From assembly GCA_029268695.1 (NCBI GenBank), contig JAQWNJ010000017.1, positions 56,521 through 120,520 of the forward strand: a stretch of DNA of 64,000 bases. Direction: 5' to 3'. The notes beneath the pieces were generated by a model. It made no database searches and was not told the DNA's origin. It saw nothing but the letters and a program-made list of their open reading frames with translations. The translations under genes and the position numbers were made by a program. Shown here in pieces: positions 47,083 to 56,921 of the stretch; the stretch's first letter is position 1; every line of letters starts with the position of its first letter. The DNA is from Bacteroidia bacterium (lineage in GTDB: Bacteria; Bacteroidota; Bacteroidia; NS11-12g; UBA9320).

Positions 47083-49479
47083 GTGCGTCGGCTATATTTA
47101 ATATTACTAATAACACTATGCCTTGCTGGTACTGCACAAATTCGAATTGTAAATAAAAATTTGGAAAGTATTTCTGGAGTACTTCTCATGCAATCAACAA
47201 AAGTTATTGGTATTTCAGACCAGTCAGGAACAATTAATATAGACACTTCATCTACTGAAATAGACAATTTATTCTTATCGCACAAAAACTATTATCAAAA
47301 GGATATAACACCAAACCTCTTGTTTGATAACTCTACTATCATTTTAACTAAAAAAATCAATTCGTTTAACCCTGTCGTAGTTTCTGCTGGCAGAAATTTT
47401 CGATATAAAAATGATATAGCATTGCTCACCCAAAGAATAGATAAGAAAAAGATTGAACTCATTCTTCCTCAAACCGCTGCTGATCTTTTAAACATCGATC
47501 AAAATATCTATATACAAAAAACCCAACAAGGTGGTGGAAGTCCTATTATCCGTGGATTTTCTACAAATCGAATATTATTAGTTGTAGATGGGGTTAGAAT
47601 GAATACTGCAATTTTTAGATCTGGAAATGTTCAAAATGTAATTTCTATTGACCCTTTTACCGTTGAAAGTACTGACTTGATTTTTGGACCATCAAGCCAA
47701 TTCTATGGAAGCGATGCTATTGGAGGAGTTCTGAATTTCACGACAGTAAAACCTGAGTTTACTGAAAATAAAATGGATCTGAAAACTAAAACTAACCTAA
47801 GATATAGTTCTGCTAATAATGAAAAAACCTACCACAGTCAATTTTCTTTTAGTGGAAAAAGGATAGCTACTGTAACAGGTTTTACTTTCAGTAAATTTGA
47901 CGATTTAAAAATAGGTAAAAAAGGGAGTAAAGTTTATGGCCGACCAGACTATATTTCAACAAGGTTTTCATCAGATACAATTATCAATAACAGCGATGAA
48001 AGCATCCAGATAAATAGTGGTTACAATCAAAAGAATTTCTTGCATAAAACCTCGTTTAAAATCAGTTCAAACTCACAGATTCACTATGGTATTCAATATA
48101 GTGAAACGTCTAATATTCCTAGATATGATCGACTCATTCAACGGGACGAATTGAACCAATTAAGTCAAGCTGAATGGTATTACGGACCTCAAATATGGAT
48201 GTTTAATAATCTAACATTTAAGCACATTAGCAAAACAAAACTATTTGACGAGTTTAAGTCAACCATTGCACATCAGAAATTTGTTGAAAGTAGAAATACA
48301 CGAAAAATATATTCGAACCTTCTTAATCAAAGAGAAGAAAAAGTTAGTGCATGGAGTTTAAACGCAGATTTCTCCAAATACATTAATTCAAAAACACAAA
48401 TAAACTATGGTTTAGAATATGTGTCTAACATAATTCAAAGTTCGGGAAGTCAATTAAATACAAATAATCAAACGAAACAAGCCATTACAACAAGATATCC
48501 TAATGGGGCATATTGGAAGACTGGCGGTATATATTTTAATGTTATCCAAAGGTGGAGTAACCATTCAATTACTGAAGGTGGTTTGAGGTATAATCTTGTT
48601 GGGATGAATGGCCAATTTGATACATCGTTAACATCCTACCCTATTTCAGATTTTAATATTACTAATCGAGCAATAACTGGTTCAATATCTCAGTTAGTTA
48701 AGAAAAAATTTGGTTCAATCAGCTTCGTTTTATCAACTGCTTTTCGATCTCCAAACATAGACGATATTGCCAAAACATTTGATAGCAATCCTGGGTTTAT
48801 CACTATTCCAAACCCCAACTTAAAACCAGAATATGCATATCATGGTGAAGTTAATTTAGACTACAATATTTCCAGAAAAATTAAAATTCAAAATTCAGTT
48901 TTCTATACTTATTTGAATCAAGCAATTAATCTCTCAAATACAATGCTTAATGGGGCTGATAGTGTAATCTATGATAATACTTTGAGTCAGGTACAAATGC
49001 TTACAAATGATCAATACGCTTCAGTTGTAGGAGACCAAATTACCATAAAATACAGTCCAAACGAATTTATATCTCTCAAGACAACTTACACTTTTTTAAA
49101 TAGTCAATCAAGTAGTGGTGATGCGATTAGACACATCACACCTAATTTTGGTAGTACCACACTATTAATGAATTATAGAAAATACAATTTAATGGTGTAT
49201 AGTATTTATAATCAAAGATTTAACAACAATCAATTTTCTAACACTGAAAAAAACAAACCACAATTTTATTTGACAGACAAAAATGGGTTAGCATATTCTC
49301 CATCTTGGCACACATTTAACATAAAATTGGGCTACTATTTGAATACTAAAGTTATACCCTATCCGATCAAGATTAATTTCGGGGTAGAAAACATAATGGA
49401 TAAAAGATACAGACCTTACAGTTCGAGACTAACAGCACCAGGAAGGAACATTGTAGTTGCATTACAAGTAAAAATTTAG
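47083..49479 (+). CDS. TonB-dependent outer-membrane receptor
   Basis: Signal peptide LCLAGTAQ; plug-domain motifs (QQGGGSPIIRGFSTNRILLVVDGVRMN; FGPSSQFYGSDAIGGVLNF); 798 aa beta-barrel. Confidence 0.8.
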   Translation: MRRLYLILLITLCLAGTAQIRIVNKNLESISGVLLMQSTKVIGISDQSGTINIDTSSTEIDNLFLSHKNYYQKDITPNLLFDNSTIILTKKINSFNPVVVSAGRNFRYKNDIALLTQRIDKKKIELILPQTAADLLNIDQNIYIQKTQQGGGSPIIRGFSTNRILLVVDGVRMNTAIFRSGNVQNVISIDPFTVESTDLIFGPSSQFYGSDAIGGVLNFTTVKPEFTENKMDLKTKTNLRYSSANNEKTYHSQFSFSGKRIATVTGFTFSKFDDLKIGKKGSKVYGRPDYISTRFSSDTIINNSDESIQINSGYNQKNFLHKTSFKISSNSQIHYGIQYSETSNIPRYDRLIQRDELNQLSQAEWYYGPQIWMFNNLTFKHISKTKLFDEFKSTIAHQKFVESRNTRKIYSNLLNQREEKVSAWSLNADFSKYINSKTQINYGLEYVSNIIQSSGSQLNTNNQTKQAITTRYPNGAYWKTGGIYFNVIQRWSNHSITEGGLRYNLVGMNGQFDTSLTSYPISDFNITNRAITGSISQLVKKKFGSISFVLSTAFRSPNIDDIAKTFDSNPGFITIPNPNLKPEYAYHGEVNLDYNISRKIKIQNSVFYTYLNQAINLSNTMLNGADSVIYDNTLSQVQMLTNDQYASVVGDQITIKYSPNEFISLKTTYTFLNSQSSSGDAIRHITPNFGSTTLLMNYRKYNLMVYSIYNQRFNNNQFSNTEKNKPQFYLTDKNGLAYSPSWHTFNIKLGYYLNTKVIPYPIKINFGVENIMDKRYRPYSSRLTAPGRNIVVALQVKI

Positions 49480-49480
49480 C

Positions 49481-50446
49481 TTATTTTTTCTTGTCAGGTT
49501 TACTGATACTATCTCTCATATCTGTATCAGCTTGAATGTTCTTCATTTTATAATAATCCATGATGCCTAGATTACCACTTCGAAATGCTTCTGCCATTGC
49601 CTTGGGAACTTCTGCCTCGGCAAGGATTACAAGTGCACGAGCATCTTGAGCTTTCGCCTTCATCTCCTGTTCTTGAGCTACAGCCATTGCTCTACGCTCT
49701 TCGGCCTTAGCATTTGCTACCTTAAGATCTGCCTCTGCTTGATCAGTTTGTAGTTCTGCACCGATATTTTTACCTATATCTATATCGGCTATATCAATAG
49801 ATAAGATTTCAAATGCAGTACCCGCATCCAAACCTTTTGCTAAAACTGTCTTAGATATGGTATCTGGATTTTCTAATACTGCTTTGTGAGTTGTAGCTGA
49901 ACCAATTGTAGTTACGATTCCCTCTCCTACACGAGCAAGAATAGTATCCTCTCCTGCACCACCAACTAACTGAGCGATATTTGCTCTAACAGTAACTCTA
50001 GCTTTTGCGATTAATTGTATTCCATCCTTTGCAACAGCGGCTACAGGAGGTGTATTAATAACTCTTGGGTTTACAGAAAGTTGAACCGCATCTGCTACAT
50101 CTCTACCTGCTAAATCAATAGCAGCTGCCATATTGAAATCTAAAGGAATACTTGCTTTATCTGCAGAGATAAGAGCTTTAACTACATTATTAACATTACC
50201 ACCTGCCATAAAATGAGTTTCCAATTCATTTGAAGATACAGGTATTCCAGCCTTATTTCCATTAATTAAAGCATTTACGATAAGAGAAGGAGGTACTTTT
50301 CTAATTCGCATGAATATCAACTGAATGATACTAACACTTTTACCTGAAATTGAAACTTGAGCAGTTACCCAAAGCCCCAATGGAACAAAGTAGAAAAACA
50401 CAAAGAGTAGGACTACTCCAACGATTAAAAAAGGTATAATTCCCAT
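49481..50446 (-). CDS. floA: Flotillin-like protein FloA (SPFH/band-7 family)
   Basis: Near-collinear similarity to B. subtilis FloA/YqfA ([17 protein letters not shown]; AIDLAGRDV; [26 protein letters not shown]; [21 protein letters not shown]; [15 protein letters not shown]). Confidence 0.85.
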   Translation of the reverse strand: MGIIPFLIVGVVLLFVFFYFVPLGLWVTAQVSISGKSVSIIQLIFMRIRKVPPSLIVNALINGNKAGIPVSSNELETHFMAGGNVNNVVKALISADKASIPLDFNMAAAIDLAGRDVADAVQLSVNPRVINTPPVAAVAKDGIQLIAKARVTVRANIAQLVGGAGEDTILARVGEGIVTTIGSATTHKAVLENPDTISKTVLAKGLDAGTAFEILSIDIADIDIGKNIGAELQTDQAEADLKVANAKAEERRAMAVAQEQEMKAKAQDARALVILAEAEVPKAMAEAFRSGNLGIMDYYKMKNIQADTDMRDSISKPDKKK

Positions 50447-50452
50447 TAGATA

Positions 50453-50920
50453 TTATTGATTAATTATTTTAATATATATTTTGTTATTGTCTATTTTTTC
50501 GACTTCAATTTCTACTCCTGAGGGTATAAAATTTCCTTCAGAATGCACTTCAATACGCTGAGATTTGACACGAGCTATACCAGATGGCCTTATCGCACTT
50601 ATTGTTTTACCTGTATCTCCCACTTGCACTTCTAATTTACCAATATCGTTAGCTTTACCTGTAATTGTTTCTTTGTTAGAAAACATATCCCATGCACCGT
50701 TACGAAAGGCATACACAATAATCACAGTCATGATGGCGATTATCAATGCTAAAAGAATATTGCCATGTAACATACCATAATCAATATATGTAAAGTATAC
50801 CCCAACTCCAACCATAACTACACCTACAATTCCAACAATAAAACCTGGTACAATAAAAATCTCAATGAGAAGCAATAAAATTCCTAGAATAACAAAAGAG
50901 GCAACAATAGAAAGTGTCAT
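50453..50920 (-). CDS. NfeD-family membrane protein (flotillin-associated)
   Basis: Three N-terminal TM helices plus C-terminal OB-fold beta domain; immediately upstream of floA as in nfeD-floA operons. Confidence 0.7.
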   Translation of the reverse strand: MTLSIVASFVILGILLLLIEIFIVPGFIVGIVGVVMVGVGVYFTYIDYGMLHGNILLALIIAIMTVIIVYAFRNGAWDMFSNKETITGKANDIGKLEVQVGDTGKTISAIRPSGIARVKSQRIEVHSEGNFIPSGVEIEVEKIDNNKIYIKIINQ

Positions 50921-50948
50921 ATATTACAGCCAAGTTAAGGCTTTTAAA

Positions 50949-53801
50949 TTAAACCTCAAGATAATCTGCAACAGGAAGACAACTACATACCAAATTTCGA
51001 TCCCCATAGGTATTATCTACTCTACCAACGCTAGGCCAAAATTTGTTTTGTTTCACATAGGATGCAGGGTAAGCTGCCTTTGTTCTTGAATAGGGTCGAT
51101 CCCAATCATCACCTGATACAAGTTGAGCCGTATGCGGTGCGTGTTTTACAACATTATTGTCTTTATCTGCTAATCCTTTTTCAATATCAGCTATTTCTTC
51201 TCGTATGGATAAAAGAGCATCACAAAAACGATCTAATTCTGACTTACTTTCGCTCTCTGTAGGCTCAATCATCAAAGTACCTGGAATTGGGAAACTCACT
51301 GTTGGTGCATGAAAACCATAGTCGATAAGTCGTTTAGCAATGTCTTCTACTTGGATGCCAGAGGTAAGTTTGAAAGGTCGAGGATCAACAATCATTTCGT
51401 GAGCTACTGTTCCATTTTGACCAGTATACAAAACATCATAGCCATCAGATAAACGATATTTCATATAATTTGCATTCAATATAGCTGTTGCAGTTGCTCT
51501 TTTTAGACCTTTAGTTCCCATCATTTTAATGTATGCATAACTAATTAACAATATGCTTGCACTTCCAAATGGAGCAGCACTAACTGCTCGCATCGCTTTA
51601 TCCGAACTTACACCCTCAACAACAGAATGTCCAGGCAAATATGGAGCAAGATGTTTGGCCACTCCAATAGGACCCATTCCAGGTCCCCCACCACCATGAG
51701 GAATACAAAAGGTTTTGTGTAGATTCAAATGACATACATCTGCACCAATATTTGCAGGATTGGTATAGCCTACTTGAGCATTCATATTGGCACCATCCAT
51801 ATAAACTTGTCCTCCAAATTCATGGATTAATGATGTCACTTCTTTGATGGTTTCTTCATAAACACCGTTTGTACTTGGATATGTAATCATTGCTGCTGCT
51901 AGAGTTTCTCCATGAGCCTCTACTTTTTCTCTTAAGTCAGCTAAATCAATGTACCCATTTTCGTGGCACTTAACTACAACAACTTTCATACCTGCCATTA
52001 CTGCACTTGCTGGGTTTGTACCATGTGCAGATTCAGGTATAATTACAATATTCCGGTGATGTTGATTGGTATCTTTAAAAAATTCCCTGATGGTCATGAG
52101 GCCAGTGTACTCTCCTTGAGCTCCTGCATTAGGTTGAAGGCTCACCTGATGAAAACCTGTTATTTCAGATAAATCGCGTTCTAAATCATGCAACAACTCC
52201 TCGTATCCTGCAAGCTGTTCTTTTGGGGCAAATGGATGAATATTTCCAAAAGACTCCCAAGTTACTGGAATCATCTCACTAGTAGCATTCAATTTCATGG
52301 TACAACTTCCCAAGGCAATCATTGAATGTGCTAAAGACAAATCTTTATTTTCTAGGGATTTAAGGTATCTTAACATTTCATGCTCTGTATGGTATGAATT
52401 AAACACGGGGTGTTCCAAATAAGTAGAGCTTCTGTTCAATTCTAAATCCCACATCTGAGATGTTTTTTCATCGAATTCTAATTCGACACCTTTAAGCTTT
52501 GCAAATAATTCAATGAGCTGCATAACATCTTGAATTTCGGTCGTTTCATCAATACTAATCCCAATATAATCCGACTCATAACGAACATTAATTTTATACT
52601 GATTAAGTAGTTCCCGCAAACTTGATTGATCAGTTTTGTCGAATAAAATAGCAATTGTGTCAAAAGCACTATTATTTTTTAAATCATATCCAATTTTAAC
52701 CAGATTATTTGCTAAAATACTGGTGAGTTGATTGACTTTTTGAGCAATTTTTTTAAGTCTTTCAGGCCCATGATAAACTGCATACATCCCTGCCATCACA
52801 GCAAGAAGTGCTTGAGCTGTACAAATATTACTAGTGGCCTTATCTCTTTTAATGTGTTGTTCACGGGTTTGGAGAGCCATTCTCAAGGCGGTGTCACCAT
52901 TGGAATCCTGAGAAACCCCAATTACTCTACCAGGCAATCTTCGCTTATGCTTTTCTTTGGTTGCAAAATAAGCAGCATGAGGTCCACCATTTCCCATTGG
53001 TATACCGAACCTTTGAGTACTCCCAACAACAACCTCAGCTCCCCAAGAACCAGGTGCTTCTAATAAAGTTAATGAAAGAATATCTGCAGCAACAACAGTT
53101 TTGATTTGATGTACTGCTGCTCTCTCAACCAAATCACTGTAATCTTCCACTTTGCCCTCTCCATTTGGGTATTGTACAAAGAGACCAAAAAAGTCCTCAT
53201 TAAATTCAAAATTTGTAGGATTCCCCTTGACAACAGATATACCTAGTGGTTCCGCTCTGGTTTCAATGACGTCTATCGTCTGAGGAAATGCTTTATCTGA
53301 AACAAAAAACTTATTTCCATTTTGTCTACTTTTTGCCGAAAAGACCATCGCCATACCCTCAGCAGCAGCGGTGGCTTCATCCAAAAGACTTGCATTTGCT
53401 ATTTCCATACCTGTCAAATCCATAATCATAGTTTGAAAGTTGAGTAATGCTTCCAACCTACCTTGAGCTATTTCGGCTTGATAAGGTGTATATTGAGTAT
53501 ACCAACCTGGGTTTTCAAGAATGTTTCTTAAAATAACTTTTGGAGTATGAGTTCCATAGTAGCCCATACCAATGTAATTTTTAGAAATTTGATTTTTTCT
53601 TCCAATTGATTTCAACTTAGATAATAGTTCAATCTCTGTCAAAGGTTCATCTAATTTCAGTTCGTTTAGAAGTCTAATTTCATTGGGTATTGTGTCAGAA
53701 ATGAGTTCTTCCATTTTATCATACCCAAGCAAGGATAGCATCTGGTGTTCTTCTTTGAAATTCATGCTATTGTGGCGGTCAGAAAAATGCTCTTTATACA
53801 T
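50949..53801 (-). CDS. gcvP: Glycine dehydrogenase (decarboxylating), glycine cleavage system P protein
   Basis: 950 aa single-chain P protein; conserved N-terminus (FSDRHNSMNFKEEHQMLSLLG...), PLP-Lys region CHLNLHKTFCIPHGGGGPG. Confidence 0.9.
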   Translation of the reverse strand: MYKEHFSDRHNSMNFKEEHQMLSLLGYDKMEELISDTIPNEIRLLNELKLDEPLTEIELLSKLKSIGRKNQISKNYIGMGYYGTHTPKVILRNILENPGWYTQYTPYQAEIAQGRLEALLNFQTMIMDLTGMEIANASLLDEATAAAEGMAMVFSAKSRQNGNKFFVSDKAFPQTIDVIETRAEPLGISVVKGNPTNFEFNEDFFGLFVQYPNGEGKVEDYSDLVERAAVHQIKTVVAADILSLTLLEAPGSWGAEVVVGSTQRFGIPMGNGGPHAAYFATKEKHKRRLPGRVIGVSQDSNGDTALRMALQTREQHIKRDKATSNICTAQALLAVMAGMYAVYHGPERLKKIAQKVNQLTSILANNLVKIGYDLKNNSAFDTIAILFDKTDQSSLRELLNQYKINVRYESDYIGISIDETTEIQDVMQLIELFAKLKGVELEFDEKTSQMWDLELNRSSTYLEHPVFNSYHTEHEMLRYLKSLENKDLSLAHSMIALGSCTMKLNATSEMIPVTWESFGNIHPFAPKEQLAGYEELLHDLERDLSEITGFHQVSLQPNAGAQGEYTGLMTIREFFKDTNQHHRNIVIIPESAHGTNPASAVMAGMKVVVVKCHENGYIDLADLREKVEAHGETLAAAMITYPSTNGVYEETIKEVTSLIHEFGGQVYMDGANMNAQVGYTNPANIGADVCHLNLHKTFCIPHGGGGPGMGPIGVAKHLAPYLPGHSVVEGVSSDKAMRAVSAAPFGSASILLISYAYIKMMGTKGLKRATATAILNANYMKYRLSDGYDVLYTGQNGTVAHEMIVDPRPFKLTSGIQVEDIAKRLIDYGFHAPTVSFPIPGTLMIEPTESESKSELDRFCDALLSIREEIADIEKGLADKDNNVVKHAPHTAQLVSGDDWDRPYSRTKAAYPASYVKQNKFWPSVGRVDNTYGDRNLVCSCLPVADYLEV

Positions 53802-53927
53802 CTTAAATTTCTTACGATTAAATCTTATTACAAAAATAAATCTAGGTTAGTTAAAAAACCCAAATGTTCAATATAAGTTCACAAAAGATTTAATACGTTT
53901 GTATCAATAATCGTATTTTTAATCATT

Positions 53928-55244
53928 ATGCCAGAACAAATTTTTGAACCTTTAATTACACAAGACACCATTCTATTTGGGGTTCTTGCGAGTTGCTTGG
54001 GGCTTGTTTTTATGACAAGTAGCTCAAACAAAGCATTCTGGAAAAAATTTTATACCATAGTACCTGCTCTATTTATGGCCTACTTCCTACCAGCAATTCT
54101 TACCACACTTGGAATTATTGCTCCCGAGTGGAATACCATTTCTGAGACGGGTGAAATCATACAACATGAATCCAACCTATACTACGTCGCTAGTAGATAT
54201 TTCTTACCTGCTGCTCTTGTATTGATGACATTAAGTCTTGACCTAAAAGCTGTTTTTAATTTAGGACCCAAAGCCCTAATTATGTTTCTAACAGGTACTG
54301 TCGGTATAATCATCGGTGGTCCAATAGCTATCTATATATTATCGCTAATCTATCCAGAAGCCATTGGAGGTATTGGCCCTGATGCAGTTTGGAGAGGATT
54401 AGCAACATTAGCTGGAAGTTGGATTGGAGGGGGAGCCAATCAGACAGCAATGCTGGAGATCTATGGATACAACCAAAAATTATACGGCGGAATGGTCTTC
54501 GTTGACATCGTGGTAGCAAATATTTGGATGGCTATACTACTAATTGGTATAGGTAAAACTGAAAAAATTGATCGTTGGTTAAAGGCTGACACTACCGCAA
54601 TAGAAGATTTAAAAGCCAAAGTATCAAAGTTTACTCAAGAAGTAACCAAGAATCCATCATTAAAAGACTTAATCATATTGCTCTCAGTTGCATTTGGTAC
54701 AGTTAGTCTTTCTCATTTTTTTGCAAATATTCTGGCTCCATTTTTCGAATCAAAAATTTCTACTATTGAACATTTGACACTTCGAAATACATTTACCTTT
54801 CTAGGTTCAAGTTTTTTTTGGATGATTAGTATCTCAACGCTTATTGCTATAATCTTATCATTCACTAAAGTTCGAAAGTTAGAAGGAGCAGGTGCAAGTA
54901 AAATAGGAAGTGTATTCATCTACGTCTTAGTCGCTACAATCGGTATGAAAATGGATTTAACAATGATTTTTGATAATTTAGGACTATTAGCCATAGGGTT
55001 AATCTGGATGAGTGTTCATGCAGCACTTTTAGTAATAGTTGCCAAATTAATTAGAGCTCCATATTTCTTTTTAGCAATTGGCAGTCAAGCCAATGTGGGT
55101 GGTGCTGCGTCAGCTCCTGTAGTTGCATCTGCTTTTCATTCTTCGTTAGCTACTGTTGGAGTATTATTGGCAGTATTTGGGTACGCTGTTGGCACTATTG
55201 GTGCAATAGCTTGCACACTACTCATGCAGATAATTGCACAATAA
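53928..55244 (+). CDS. DUF819-family polytopic membrane protein
   Basis: 438 aa with more than 10 predicted TM helices; family assignment from memory of the N-terminal pattern. Confidence 0.45.
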   Translation: MPEQIFEPLITQDTILFGVLASCLGLVFMTSSSNKAFWKKFYTIVPALFMAYFLPAILTTLGIIAPEWNTISETGEIIQHESNLYYVASRYFLPAALVLMTLSLDLKAVFNLGPKALIMFLTGTVGIIIGGPIAIYILSLIYPEAIGGIGPDAVWRGLATLAGSWIGGGANQTAMLEIYGYNQKLYGGMVFVDIVVANIWMAILLIGIGKTEKIDRWLKADTTAIEDLKAKVSKFTQEVTKNPSLKDLIILLSVAFGTVSLSHFFANILAPFFESKISTIEHLTLRNTFTFLGSSFFWMISISTLIAIILSFTKVRKLEGAGASKIGSVFIYVLVATIGMKMDLTMIFDNLGLLAIGLIWMSVHAALLVIVAKLIRAPYFFLAIGSQANVGGAASAPVVASAFHSSLATVGVLLAVFGYAVGTIGAIACTLLMQIIAQ

Positions 55245-55313
55245 ACTAACTTTTCTGTAGTTAATTCATTATATTCCAGCGGTCTATTAGTATAATTTTA
55301 AAGATAAAAACTT

Positions 55314-56909
55314 ATGGCGGTATTATCTACGACAAGAACAAATTCAGGAATTTCAACTTATTCTGGTCCATGGGACAAGTCTGCAGTCATTCATTTGCTA
55401 AGGAGAGTTCATTTTGGTGTTACCAAAGAAAATATTGATTACTTTGTTAATCTAACACAGGCTGAAGCTATCAATGAAGTTCTTGATATAGACTACAGCA
55501 TTCCATCTCCCCCAATTAATAATTACAATGACAATAATCCGGATCCCAACGTAAATCCTGGAGAGTCTTGGGTAAATGACTACAATGGTCAACTCAATAA
55601 TATCAGAAGACGATCTTTCAAATCTTGGTGGGTTGGACAAATTGTCAATCATGATCTAACTATTCGTGAAAAAATGGTCCTTTTTTGGCATAATCATTTT
55701 TCAACGCAATCTGCAGTATATGGTTGGGCAAACTTTGGATATCAAAATAATCAACTTCTGAGATCGAATTGTCTAAAAAACTTTAAATCATTGGTCAAAG
55801 ATGTAACACTTGACCCTGCAATGTTAGTATTCTTAAATGGAGAGAGAAATAGTAAAACTGCTCCAGATGAGAATTACTCTAGAGAGCTTCAAGAGCTCTT
55901 TACACTTGGAAAAGGTCCAGAATCACAATACACTGAAACAGACGTTATTGCTGGTGCAAAAGTCCTTACTGGTTGGAGGATAAATCGAACTACGGGAGAT
56001 GTATATTTCCAAAGTACTAGGCATGACACTTCAGATAAAAAGTTTTCAGCTTACTACAATAATTATACAGTTACTGGCCAATCAGGTCAAGCAGGTATCA
56101 ATGAATTAGATGATATGCTAAACATGATATTTGCCCAAAATGAGGTAGCAAATCATATTGTTCGTAAATTATACCGTTGGTTTGTCTATTACAAAATAGA
56201 CGAAAACACAGAATCCAATGTTATCATACCACTTGCCAATATTTTCAGAAATAGCGGATATGAGATTAAACCTGTTCTCGAAGCGTTGTTCAACAGTGAA
56301 CACTTTTTTGATACTGCAAATCGTGGTGCATTAATTAAAAGTCCAACTGATTTTTTACTTGGTCTAACAAGAACTTTTGGAATTCCCATACCAGAATCAA
56401 GTGATTATGTAGATCAATACGCTTTTTGGAATAGGCTACAATCATCCACTGCACTAATGCAACAAGAACTTGCAGACCCGCCAAGTGTCTCAGGTTGGCC
56501 AGCATATTATCAAATCCCACAATTCCATGAATTATGGATAAACAGTGATACCATTTCAAATAGAAATAAAGTTTCTGACACACTTGCTGTAAATGGATAT
56601 AGAATTGGCACTACCAGACTTAAAATAGATCCATTGCACTTTACGAAAAAATTTAATACGGCAAGTGATCCAAATCTACTAATCAATGACTTTTTAGAAA
56701 TCATGCACACCTTAGATGTAGATCAGAATCAGCGAGAATATATGAAGTCTATACTCCTTTCTGGACAACTCAATGATGATTATTGGACTGAAGCCTGGAA
56801 TGCTTATATAGGTGATCCGGATAATACAACTAAAGCGAATATTATTTCGTCACGTTTATCAGCTTTGTTCAAATATTTAATGAACCTTAGCGAATTTCAG
56901 CTTTCTTAA
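55314..56909 (+). CDS. DUF1800-family protein
   Basis: HLLRRVHFGVTKENIDYF near N-terminus and FWHNHFST motif, both typical of DUF1800; always partnered with DUF1501. Confidence 0.7.
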   Translation: MAVLSTTRTNSGISTYSGPWDKSAVIHLLRRVHFGVTKENIDYFVNLTQAEAINEVLDIDYSIPSPPINNYNDNNPDPNVNPGESWVNDYNGQLNNIRRRSFKSWWVGQIVNHDLTIREKMVLFWHNHFSTQSAVYGWANFGYQNNQLLRSNCLKNFKSLVKDVTLDPAMLVFLNGERNSKTAPDENYSRELQELFTLGKGPESQYTETDVIAGAKVLTGWRINRTTGDVYFQSTRHDTSDKKFSAYYNNYTVTGQSGQAGINELDDMLNMIFAQNEVANHIVRKLYRWFVYYKIDENTESNVIIPLANIFRNSGYEIKPVLEALFNSEHFFDTANRGALIKSPTDFLLGLTRTFGIPIPESSDYVDQYAFWNRLQSSTALMQQELADPPSVSGWPAYYQIPQFHELWINSDTISNRNKVSDTLAVNGYRIGTTRLKIDPLHFTKKFNTASDPNLLINDFLEIMHTLDVDQNQREYMKSILLSGQLNDDYWTEAWNAYIGDPDNTTKANIISSRLSALFKYLMNLSEFQLS

Positions 56910-56921
56910 CCCCTACTAAAA

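Noticed and set aside
47076-47285. 69-aa minus-strand ORF overlapping the start of the TonB-dependent receptor
   Set aside because: Overlaps the signal-peptide region of a confidently called TBDR; no features of its own.
53802-53927. Looked for a glycine riboswitch upstream of gcvP
   Set aside because: The 126-bp leader is almost pure A/T and lacks the conserved glycine-aptamer GGAGAG and CACCG elements.
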